DNA of 64,000 nucleotides, from contig SMSO01000037.1 in assembly GCA_004764695.1 (NCBI GenBank), forward strand, positions 3,758,747 to 3,822,746, in the 5' to 3' direction. The notes beneath the pieces are model-generated. The model ran no database searches and was not told the origin of the DNA. It saw nothing but the letters and a program-made list of their open reading frames with translations. This document shows, in pieces, positions 19,946-30,345 of the stretch. A program made the position numbers and the translations under genes. The stretch's first letter is position 1, and each line of letters starts with the position of its first letter. Source of the stretch: Schizochytrium sp. TIO01 (lineage: Eukaryota; Protista; Bigyra: Labyrinthulomycetes).

Positions 19946-22057
19946 TTAACAAAATACTTTTGCTTCGACAAATTCAAGCAAGCGCCGACGATAGTCTACA
20001 GGCTGAATGCTTGAAATGTTGGTATCGGACGTTGTGATCCCTTCTTCTGCATAATCAAAAGATGCACCACATCCGATGCAACTGACTTGGATAACTTTCT
20101 CTGATGGGCCATCTACCGAGACTTTGTTGTATTGAAATTTACAGTATGGGCAAGGTACTTGAACCTCACCTCCATTCTGACGCCCCCTTTGTAGGTAACC
20201 ACTAAGTGGAGACAAAATTGAGGTTTTTACAAATCGCTCAGCTTGTTTGTACATGTCATATTCTTGAAGTATATCAATAATGCCAATAAAGTAGACTCCA
20301 GTCGGGGTAGGTAAACCACCATGATATGTCTGCCAGCGTGTGCGGCGGATGGGAAAGTGACCTTCATCATCCTCACCAGGGGGATGCGTGTGTACCCCAA
20401 TGAGGACACTGTAGTCCATTAGTTTGTAGCGAGCCAGCAGTTGCGTATCAGCCATTATCTGTGCAAGAAGGGCAGCCCGTGTGGTCTCGTTTCTTAACTC
20501 AATCGGGGATTTCCAATTCAGGTCCTTCAAGGTGGGTAATGAACCCTTTTTCTCCATCGACTCTCGCTGCTTCTCCAAGGAGACAAATCGGTTTGCTGTC
20601 GATCCCTTTAGGTCAAAGACCTTCTCAACATCTAAAGGGGAGTCGACAACATTTGTCATAACTAAGCAGTGTACAGGAGGTTTCCCAGGCCAAGGACAAA
20701 CCTTGAAAAGACACAAAAATCGGGGGAGGAAGGAGTCTGGATTCTCAAGCATATGCGTAAAATAGTCAGGCAACAATCTGCGTAAAACAAGCATTTCTGC
20801 CTTCGGAACTGTCTTCACCACAAAGTGCTTATCGGCACTGAAAAAGAAGAGGCTATCAGATCGACCTCCAGTGTTTTCCCGTGCGTGAAGCTCGTGCTCA
20901 AAAAGGCTTTCACAGAAGAAATCCTCATCAATACCAAAGTGAGCTCGAAGCTTCTTCATTGCTAGCGGTGCATATATCGATAACAAGGACTCGTCAGCTT
21001 CTCCAGTCCGCACGCGGTTACTGCGATCCACCGCAAGCAGTTCGTGGAGTGGCACAGGGTCAAGCCACGATGCTGGTTCTTGCTCATCTTCATGTAAAAG
21101 TACTGCACGTTGCAGGGCGCTTCGCACACGCTTCTCGGATGTTCCTGATTCTACTGTATCTGGACGAATATACTGATGAAGTTGCCCGAGGCCATACTTC
21201 CCTGCTTCCCAGAGACTCGCCAAAGCTCCATTGCTTGCTTGGTCTGCTTCATCAGGTACATGGATACCTGCAGCACGCAAGGCAGCCTCAATCTCAACGC
21301 TGTTCTCAAAAGTGCAATCCTTGCAAGTCCAGCTTACTTTAGCCTTTTCTCCATCTGTGGTTCGAAAAGTAGACGGGTCTTGAGGGACTGGAACCAGCGC
21401 TTGCAAATCGCATGCTTGGCAAATAAAAGATATCCGAGCGGGTGGCACTTTAGAATGCTCACAGCCATAACGGCGCCCAAGTCGATAAAGGGTGTCCCCG
21501 TTCTTTGCCTGCGGGTGACGAGAATATGGAACAGTATTCACCACATCAACATCAAGAAGTTCTTCTTGCAGAATTTGGAGAGCCTGCGCTTCATCTGCCG
21601 ACCATCCTCTAGATATAAACTCCTTCACAAAATCTTTGCCCGTAAAGCTCGCACCGATCCATTTAGATCCAACTTGCTGGGTTTTGGCAATTTCTAGCAC
21701 TTTCCGCAGCAAATCTTCAAAAGCTCGTGATTTCGTCGCTAGCTCCGCAACCGGAATTCTCTCTGCTGCATTTTCGGAGCAACAGGATAGTTCCGCATGC
21801 GAGTCGCCATCGTTGATTGGCCAAGCAGCTGCAACGTTTCGTGAATTGCCGTGTACTGCTCCATAACCCTCAATCTCAAGATTCTCTCCAGGTGGCAAAC
21901 TCACGAGTCTCACCTGAACATCATCCACATTTTCCACATTTCCGTGTTCGCCCACCTGGCGATTCTCTTCTAGCAGGTTTTTCGGGCTCTCGCACGCAGC
22001 ACAGGAACTGGCACTTGCATCATTTGAAAGCGTGCACGTTCCGCAAGTCCAGGCCAT
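19946..22057 (-). CDS. Phosphatidylinositol-4-phosphate 5-kinase (type I-like) with N-terminal RanBP2-type zinc finger, DEP domain and zinc ribbon
   Basis: PIPK core motifs: YAPLAMKKLRAHFGI, GGRSDSLFFFSADKHFVVKT, FDLKGS, LKDLN, LMDYSVLIG, GIIDILQEY, ISSIQPVDYRRR. N-terminal WTCGTCTLSN...CAACESPK. DEP-like FTGKDFVKEF...LYRL. Confidence 0.93.
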   Translation of the reverse strand: MAWTCGTCTLSNDASASSCAACESPKNLLEENRQVGEHGNVENVDDVQVRLVSLPPGENLEIEGYGAVHGNSRNVAAAWPINDGDSHAELSCCSENAAERIPVAELATKSRAFEDLLRKVLEIAKTQQVGSKWIGASFTGKDFVKEFISRGWSADEAQALQILQEELLDVDVVNTVPYSRHPQAKNGDTLYRLGRRYGCEHSKVPPARISFICQACDLQALVPVPQDPSTFRTTDGEKAKVSWTCKDCTFENSVEIEAALRAAGIHVPDEADQASNGALASLWEAGKYGLGQLHQYIRPDTVESGTSEKRVRSALQRAVLLHEDEQEPASWLDPVPLHELLAVDRSNRVRTGEADESLLSIYAPLAMKKLRAHFGIDEDFFCESLFEHELHARENTGGRSDSLFFFSADKHFVVKTVPKAEMLVLRRLLPDYFTHMLENPDSFLPRFLCLFKVCPWPGKPPVHCLVMTNVVDSPLDVEKVFDLKGSTANRFVSLEKQRESMEKKGSLPTLKDLNWKSPIELRNETTRAALLAQIMADTQLLARYKLMDYSVLIGVHTHPPGEDDEGHFPIRRTRWQTYHGGLPTPTGVYFIGIIDILQEYDMYKQAERFVKTSILSPLSGYLQRGRQNGGEVQVPCPYCKFQYNKVSVDGPSEKVIQVSCIGCGASFDYAEEGITTSDTNISSIQPVDYRRRLLEFVEAKVFC

Positions 22058-23003
22058 TGCGTGAGGACAGCTTCTGTCAAAATGCGTTCTGCTGCCAACG
22101 CAAACTATGAATGTCTCAGATCATCAGAATCAATCAAACGAACTCGAAGACCAAGATTGTTCTCTCTTTCTCATCCTTCGATCTGTCTCTATTTTAAATA
22201 TTACAAGAACATATTATTTGCAATCGTACTTCATGTTGAACACTTACATTCGTTTATTAAAGCCACCTCTTCTAGATGCATTCATATTATTTACAAAGAA
22301 TCAAAGTCTTGCAAGTTTCCTTCTTTTCTTTTCACAAATTTTTATTCATCATGAAAAGGTGTAGGGCACTTTGCAAATGAATTTTCCCCGAAACAGTATT
22401 ATGTTGATATAGTTTACACACCTTCGGTGGTTATATTTCTCTCGAGTGCTCCCCAAGGGTGGAGCAAAACATATATCTTAGTGCACAAATGTTAATTTGC
22501 CGATAAAGGGAGGATGTTCCGGTCGCTTGTCTAAGCGGTGTTTGCGTGAATCTATTTTAAACGCAATACCTTCCTCTGTGACGCGTGCGCTTTCCGCACT
22601 CGTTCGCTTCCTTGCTCACTCGCTCAAGTACCTACCTTTGCGAAGGCTGGAACACGGAGGCCGAGAAGACTAGTCGGTGCTGGCTTGGCAGCAAATCCAC
22701 TTCACTGTTGCTCACAGGCACCTCGATCTGCTGGTGCTGTCTGGTGTGACGTGGAAAACATAGATTGCCTCCTGAGAAAACCTGTCACAGATACTGTGTA
22801 ATTAACAAGAAGCAGTTCATACGTGCTTTCGATTTGTGAAGCACTCATTGATTGCAGTTATCGTGGCAATCTTGAAACTAGAAACAGTCAGTGTCAGCGA
22901 GCGCAGAGCAAACTTGCTTATCTCGTCGCGCAAGGTTTTCATCGCAGCACGTGGAGCTTAGATTCGTTCTTTGGTTTCACTCTAGATTCAAAAGTATATC
23001 ACT

Positions 23004-24209
23004 ATGGGTAAACCTAGCAAGGAGGAGGTGACAGCCTTCAAGACCCATCTTGCAGAGAAACGCGCAAACCTAACGCTACTTCAAGATCCCAGCACCACAT
23101 TGGTTCTGTTCTTTAAAGTCACTGTTGATTATGTCATCTACCTCATCAAGACAATCTTCACCTCGCCACTCTTTTGGGGTATTGGCACGATTCTTGGTGG
23201 TGGTTATGGTTACCTCCGTGCTACAGAAAACCCCTTGGCAGACGAGATTGAACGCAACACAGAATTTGTCGTCTGGTGGGTTGGTCTTGGTGTCTTGAGC
23301 TCGATTGGTTTGGGATCTGGACTTCACAGTGGTATTCTCTTCCTCTTTCCACACATCTTCAAAGTAGTCATGGCCAGTAAGCGCTGCCCAAGCATGAACT
23401 TTGAGTCTCTTTGCGACATTTGGTTCAAGGAATGCAGCATGGAGTGCCAAGACTCTACTAGTGAGACCGGTGGTCCTCAGCCCGAGTTTGTGGATGTTCT
23501 TCTGCGATGCCTGGTGCCTGCTATTCTGTGGGGTGCTGGTACCGCCATGGGTGAGATCCCCCCTTATGCAGTCTCCCGTGCTGCGTACCTTGCAGGAAAG
23601 CAGGATGACGATGTCGCTGAAGCTCTTGCTGAGACCGAAGGTGGCGATGTCCTGTCTCAGATGAAAAAGTGGATGGTTGATTTTGTCAACCGCTTTGGCT
23701 TTTTCGGCATCTTTCTCATGAGTGCGTGGCCAAACGCTGCGTTTGATTTGGTTGGCATTGTTTGTGGCTCTGTGGGCATTGGGTTCTCTACTTTTTTCTT
23801 TGCGACATTGCTTGGCAAGGCATTTGTTAAAGTGCAGGGTCAGGCTATCTTTTTTGTTTATTGGTTTCGCAACCAAGAGCTCGTTATTCATACTGCAGTC
23901 AAGGTTGTGGATTCCTTGCCTGAGTTTGTCCCTCTGACTGGTGAGATGATTGAGCAAAAGCTTCGTGAAGGCCTTGACCAGGTCTCCCAGGGCAAAACCA
24001 AGGATGGCGAGCCTTCGCTCTTCAAAAAGGGTAGCGAGATGCTCATTCTTTGTGTAATGAGTTACTTCCTTTACACTACTATTTGCCAGATCGCTCAAGG
24101 CCGTATGAAAGTCCTCGATGATGCTGTCGTTGAACACTACGCTGCTACGGGAGATAAATCAGGCGCCATCCTTGATGCGCAAAACAACCCGAAGCGTAAG
24201 GCCGAGTAA
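23004..24209 (+). CDS. VMP1: Vacuole membrane protein 1 (VTT/DedA-family ER scramblase, autophagy)
   Basis: Diagnostic motifs WWVGLGVLSSIGLGSGLHSGILFLFPHI, WGAGTAMGEIPPY, PNAAFDLVGIVCG and FFFATLLGKA, plus several TM helices. Confidence 0.95.
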   Translation: MGKPSKEEVTAFKTHLAEKRANLTLLQDPSTTLVLFFKVTVDYVIYLIKTIFTSPLFWGIGTILGGGYGYLRATENPLADEIERNTEFVVWWVGLGVLSSIGLGSGLHSGILFLFPHIFKVVMASKRCPSMNFESLCDIWFKECSMECQDSTSETGGPQPEFVDVLLRCLVPAILWGAGTAMGEIPPYAVSRAAYLAGKQDDDVAEALAETEGGDVLSQMKKWMVDFVNRFGFFGIFLMSAWPNAAFDLVGIVCGSVGIGFSTFFFATLLGKAFVKVQGQAIFFVYWFRNQELVIHTAVKVVDSLPEFVPLTGEMIEQKLREGLDQVSQGKTKDGEPSLFKKGSEMLILCVMSYFLYTTICQIAQGRMKVLDDAVVEHYAATGDKSGAILDAQNNPKRKAE

Positions 24210-26454
24210 AACAGTTTACACACACGTTCATTAAAGAAACGCTCGTCGCCCATATTCCCAAGAAATTAGGAAGTTTAAAAAAAACAAGAAATAATAATTG
24301 CTTTGCAACCATGCCAACTCGATGATGAACTCTTCGAGTTTTGATCATCATATGGTTCTGAGCAAGCAAAGGCAGTTAATACATTCAGAGCCCTTCACTC
24401 TAATGTTCCATGTGGATTTATACAAGTATTCCTTATTGGAGCAACGCATACTCGAAGGACTTCCATGTAAAGACAGTTGAAAACAGCAAGCAAGCGTGTA
24501 CGTCTGCATCCGTATTGCAAGTTGTCACTTAGCTTTTCAATATGGTTCCCAAAGGTCACCATATATGTATTTCTCGTCACCGTCTCCGTTCATTTCTTCG
24601 TCTCACCCTTAAATCTTACGAAATAACTGAAATTAGGTGTCCTTGATTTTCTAATTCATTTGGTACAACCGAATATATTGTAAAGGGAAAATTCTTCATC
24701 AAAGCACTAGACATATTGAAGTTCTAACCTTGCACAACAGACAATTTAATTTCAAAGGAAAACACATCCATGCAAACTATACGAAAGCGAGCAATATGGT
24801 TTAATATTGTTCTGCTTTGAGTTCAAGTTGTTATGATCGTAGTTTTTACACTTTTCGATAAGTTTAATTACAATCAAAGGCTCTTTGCCAAAACCCTCTT
24901 GAATCATGCAAATGCTTGGAACATACCTCGGTATTGTATATTTTCATGTGCAGTCGTGTACTTACGTATGATTTAAACATCAATTTGCCATTTTGGATAT
25001 ATTCATGAGCATGTATCTCAGTCTTCCCTTGATATGGTTAGCCAAATTCCAATCTTGGGTTGGCTTTTTGCAATATATTTTTGTAGATTTTCTGACTTGA
25101 GGTAGTGCTGGCCCAGAAACAACATTGGTTCATCATTCAACTGGTTTGGTTGCGGCCCGATCTTCAAAAAATTCCGCGGCTATTGGGACTCTTTTATAAC
25201 TCTGCACCTTGTTAGGCTATTTTGTGCATGCGGAGTTTTCTAATGTTTGGCCCGTTGTATAAGTGAAAAGTACTAGAAATCCATGTCTAATTCAAGGTAA
25301 CATCTCTGCTTCTACTCTCCTTATCACAAGCACTCTGCATCCCAAGAAAAAAAGCGGTCGATAGCCTTTTCCTGCTACCTCCCTCCAACTTCGAAAACCC
25401 AATGAACAGATTAGACGGGCAGCCTAATCACACAACTTCACCTCATGACCAGAGGATTTCCAAAGTTGCGAGTTATCTTCTTGAACTAACCCTCCCCTTC
25501 TTATACAATGCTGCATTAGTGCAGCAACCATGTTCGTTCAAGATCCATGTCCTCCAGGTCGCGAGCTCATAAATCGGAGCCACTGCTGGCGATTGAATCA
25601 GTTCCCCAGATATCTTTCAAGGGTTTATATTGATCAGTACGTACGATAGCTCGCCGCAATCAAACGGGGCTACTCCAACATTGGCTATTTGCAATCCAAG
25701 CTGAGTTTGCGTGAATGTTTGCGGCGGCCAATCTCATCTTCAGATCGAAACCTCTTCCTTCGGAAAAGGCTTCCGACTTGTGAGTGGGTAGGTAGGTACT
25801 ATGACGGCAGTGTCAGTGATGATAAATCGATTATAGTCAAAGCTCTTTCGAATTGATACGATCAAATCCATTCAATTCCTTTCAATTCAATGACCAATAC
25901 TTCCTTTTCTTAGTAGAGATCGCAAGGCGTTCCAAAAATCAGCGCATCCGTATCCTTGTGCCACGATGAGGGGGGTGCTGAGGGATATTACGCAAGGCAT
26001 GTGCAATTTTACGTACTATCACAAGCGCATGCTAAGTTTAAAAAACAGCCGAGTACTTCCAAAGTGACCCATGGGTCGCCTGAGCTATCTGCTCAGTCAA
26101 ATCCTCTTAGGAACCTTGGCATCAGAATCACTACTACAGCAGTTCCCCTGTTCTGCGTATTTGCATAGCAGCGAAAACTTTGAAGCAAATGGTTTATCTG
26201 CTAGGTTTGCAGCCATCTCAGACGCGAGCGGAGGCTGCTTTTTGCTTGCTTTTAGCAGTGCTGACGTTCCGAAGTCCCGGCGTGAGCCCGAAAAGATCGC
26301 AATATGGCGTTGTCTGACGCAGGGCACTCAATAGGAAGGTAACATATAGAGGAAGCTACTAGCTTGCTAAGGCTAGTTCCTTTTAAACTAAAGAGAGTTG
26401 GGTTTCAAGTTTTCTATCTTTCCAAATTTCTTTCTCGTTCAAACTTTTCTTTCG

Positions 26455-26500
26455 ATTATTATTATTATTTTGATTATTATTATTATTATTATTATTTATT
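26455..26500. repeat. (ATT)n microsatellite, interrupted
   Basis: Visible ATT arrays. Confidence 0.85.
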
Positions 26501-26875
26501 ATTGTCAAAATCATGATTTTGAAATTGAAAGCTTAAAAGTTTTCAAACTCTCAAAGCAACCAGACTCGTTTAAGTTGCGTACTACTAAATATACCATAAT
26601 GAGTTCTACGTTGAGTTGTTTTGAAGAAGATGAAGCCGCTGTAGCGCATTGTAATGTTTTCGTCAACTGTCGATAAATTTCAAAGGTCGATTTTGAGACT
26701 AGGTGTATGAGCTTCTTTCGTATGACTTTAAAGGGCATGGAGATAGGAAAACACGAGGTTTTGGAGAGTCCTATTTTGGTTGATGCGAGTAATTGGAAAA
26801 TGAGCTCAGCTCGCAAAGCTTAATTAAGTCACAGTTGTGGAGGCCGCTAAATGGTTTGTTTGACTGCTGCTTGGG

Positions 26876-26923
26876 TGCTTCAACCTGCTTCTACCGTACC
26901 TTTCAGTGAAGCAGGTTGAAGCA
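26876..26923. repeat. Perfect 16-bp inverted repeat with a 16-nt loop
   Basis: TGCTTCAACCTGCTTC (26876-26891) is the exact reverse complement of GAAGCAGGTTGAAGCA (26908-26923). Confidence 0.9.
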
Positions 26924-29900
26924 GCATCACCTCAATGTGCGGTAGTCGCACGTAACCTTTTGTTGTCTTTAGTGAAGTGAAGTGGTCGAAGTTGCGTTTA
27001 CGAACAAACTCTAGTAGATCCCAGCGTAATCAAATGAATGTTTTGAGAATATATCGACGCAGGAAATGCCAAGTCTCTCTCGTAGATGCATAGGGCTACT
27101 GTGAAATATCTATCTATAAATGAAGTTGGATAATGAAGCACTTCGATACCCACTTTACCATGCTCTAAAACTTCGATGTCTGTATTGAAATGATTCTCGA
27201 TTTTCTCCGGTAGTCCAATTAGATATGGTAATTCCCCTGCCGAGTGCTAGTATCTTCACCCAAATTTCACCTTGCTCCCAAACCCAGCTCCGTTTGGAGT
27301 CAATTTTGAGTCCTAGAAATGCACTAATCCATATAAAGCTAACACTTACTCAAACCAGATTCCAAAAGAGAAACATGTTTTTACGATCAGAAATAAATAA
27401 CTCATAAATATCAGCAGTTCTTTAGGAGTATCTGCAGCTGTTATGTGGCTGGATCCAAAAGAGAGTCCAGAACTGTCTATGACTAAGTAAAACATAGTTC
27501 AGGTCGGGCCGAGCTTGGTAACCTTTCCGTCAGACGGCCTCTCTTTCTATTATTTTTAAAATGTTTATTTAAATAAAACTTTTAAACAACATTTGATATC
27601 AAATGAATAAAATCTTTCTTTAAAATTAAAATTAGGAAAGTGCAATATTTGCACTACCAATAGCCGCTACTACTACTACTACTAATAATAATAATAATAA
27701 TACTAGCGAGACGCGGAGATTGTGAGCGCGGAAGGAAAAAGGTACACATCTGCAGAATGTATCTTGATGATGCGTAAGCAAACGCAGGCCATAGGCACCT
27801 AATTTCAAGTTCAACCTGGACGCATCAGTCAGCGCATCAATTCATGCTCATGAACATGAGGCGAGCGGTGCAAAGAGCACCTAACGAGGTAGTTGGAGGG
27901 AACAAAGTTCTTGTTTTTTGATTGTCGGGCTTTTCAAACATCAGACTTGGAAATAAACAGACGATGAGACTGCGTAGGTCCTACCGCTGAGGCATGGGTC
28001 TCGCTAGTGTGATAATGAATTTCAATATAAACTAATAGAAAAACACAATACATACGCTCTGACGAAATATGACTTGGAAATGCTATTCGTCAAAAAATCG
28101 CTATGTTTGATATTGTGACACGGTCTCATGAGACCTTAAAGACATCCCCTGATTTCTGGTTGAATGTATGGGCTGTATTAGGCATGCTGCAATATATCTC
28201 CGTCTTTCTGTTGCATGCTTTTACTGTTATTGGCCGTGTGCTGCTTCTCAGGAATAAACGTAGTTCCATTTGGTCAAATTTCATTTGATTTTTATAATAT
28301 GTTTGGACTTTCCTACCTTGTGATAAATCAGAAAACAGATCGAATTTTGAATAGAAAGAGCCTTAGAAAATGCACAGTAATATGTTGGTCACGGTTAATT
28401 TCTAGCTTGGTGAGCGATATATCCATCAATAAATCAGTTCGTATCCGCATCTTCACTAAATAGATTTTACAGTCAATTGCCATGGTGGACGAGGAAATAT
28501 CTATGCATTGTTGATCTGCCATACAAAAGATGAACTTTCTCGAAGTCACTTCCGAAGTGAATCAACTGGTTATGCGATGGCAACTTAATATGTGATGAAA
28601 TCGAAAGTACGCCGTGAGTGTGCGAGTGGCATGGCACCACGTTCAAGTTGCTTGTGGAGGGTGACTTAATCCACTTCGTTTCAAGGTCCTAAGGATTCCA
28701 GCATCTGAAGAAAAGATAAAACCACCTTTTAAAAATTAAATTTTTAAAATTATATATATTTTATTACTTACTAAATAAAATTTAATTAAATGATTCTGAA
28801 TAGTTTCGATTTATTGCCACTGCTGCCTCTAGAGATACCTCAGGTTTGACCGATCGATTGGTCCTTAGACCCAGTTCGCTCTTCGCCTCAAAGCAATTGC
28901 GGTCCCCGTTTTTGGCGGAGCTCAGAGTATTTAGTTGGCGGCGTGAGCGAAGATTTCATAGCAACGAACAAACGACGTCTCGAGGATACTGCCACTACCT
29001 GTGTAGGTAGGAGGGCGTTCGAGGGTGGTGGTCCAAAAGACGAACGAAAAGGATTTGGCTGTAGAAGTAAGTAATGCCTCGTAGTAAGTAAGTAACATTA
29101 CTGCGCCTCGAAAGAAAGCATGTTCGTGCCTACCTACTACTACCTGTAGGACTGCCTATCTATGCCTCTTTGGACAAAAAGGAAGAGTGGCGGACTTAAA
29201 GCACAGTGTGGATGGTGGATAGTTTACCCGCTCTGTCTCCCTCTGACCTGACTGCGAAATTGGAGCTCGAGGTCGCGGCCTCAGCCTGTCTTGCGAGAAG
29301 AGAGGCAGAAGTTAGGCCCTCGCTCACCATAACTCGAAGCCCTGTTCTGGAGAAGGCAGTGTTAGGCTATGCCTGCCTACCGTAGTATCCTTGTTCAGTT
29401 GGTTGGATATAGCGCGCTTAGTTAATGCCGATCTATCTATCTGCGAAGGGTATCTTTCTTCCATTTGTTCTGTTTTGAATAGAAACATAAAAATCTCAGA
29501 CTGAGGCTGGTTGAATGCGGTTTGTAAGAAAATGAATGCTGTCTTGCTATCGCTCACCCACTTGACCGCTGATTCACAGCGAGGCTGGAGATTGCCGATA
29601 CTGCTTTCGAGTGGAAGCTTTCGCTTTCCATCACGCGAGTAAACCTTGCCTCCTGCGCGAAGGCGTCTGAATACCTGTTTCTGGGGCTTTGACTTAACGA
29701 TAATTTAGAATATATGTAATAGTCCTCGATGATCCACTTGTAGAACTAAAATATTATAAAAATATTTTATTTTATTTTTAAAACTTTGTAAAAAAACTCA
29801 GTACTTACATGGTAGGTAAGTATGGGGAGAATTGAAAGAGGATATTAATCGTAAGTCACTTGAATTTGTAAAGAGAGAATTTGTATTTATGTATTAAAAA

Positions 29901-30345
29901 AAAATAAAATAAGAAGAGAACCCTGGAGACGAATGAAAGAATAATTTTAGATAGTATAGCAAAATCGAAAGCAGACCCGAAACGGAGAACGTGAAAATTG
30001 TGTGACGGACTCAGCATCGCACTCGTCTTTGCGGGCGTTGGTTGTAAGTTCATGCTTTCTTATAGCATAGCTGATAGGGGCACTCTATCATGATGGGGGC
30101 GAAGAGCAATAAGCTAACGTGCGTGAGCTGATCTTGCTTACTTTGAATCGACGAACGCGTAAACGGGACGACTTCTGCAATATATTGTTTGCTCTCTTGC
30201 TTGAATCACCTTGGGACAATCGGCAGCGACAATCGATACAACAGGAACACCAAGGGATATAAAGCTCCGAGGATTGGAGCTTCGGAAAGTTGATCGTTGA
30301 TTGGCTCAAAAAGAAGGAATTCTTTATTTCCCATTATAAACCAAG

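Noticed and set aside
23076-24137. 353-aa antisense ORF over VMP1; similar antisense ORFs at 31405-31938, 32743-34178 and 42912-44831
   Set aside because: These are shadow ORFs expected from biased codon usage or Ala/Glu repeats in the real genes. They have no recognisable motifs, and several start at non-ATG codons.
28122-28135. 14-bp perfect palindrome GGTCTCATGAGACC
   Set aside because: A 7-bp-arm palindrome is expected a few times by chance in a window this size.
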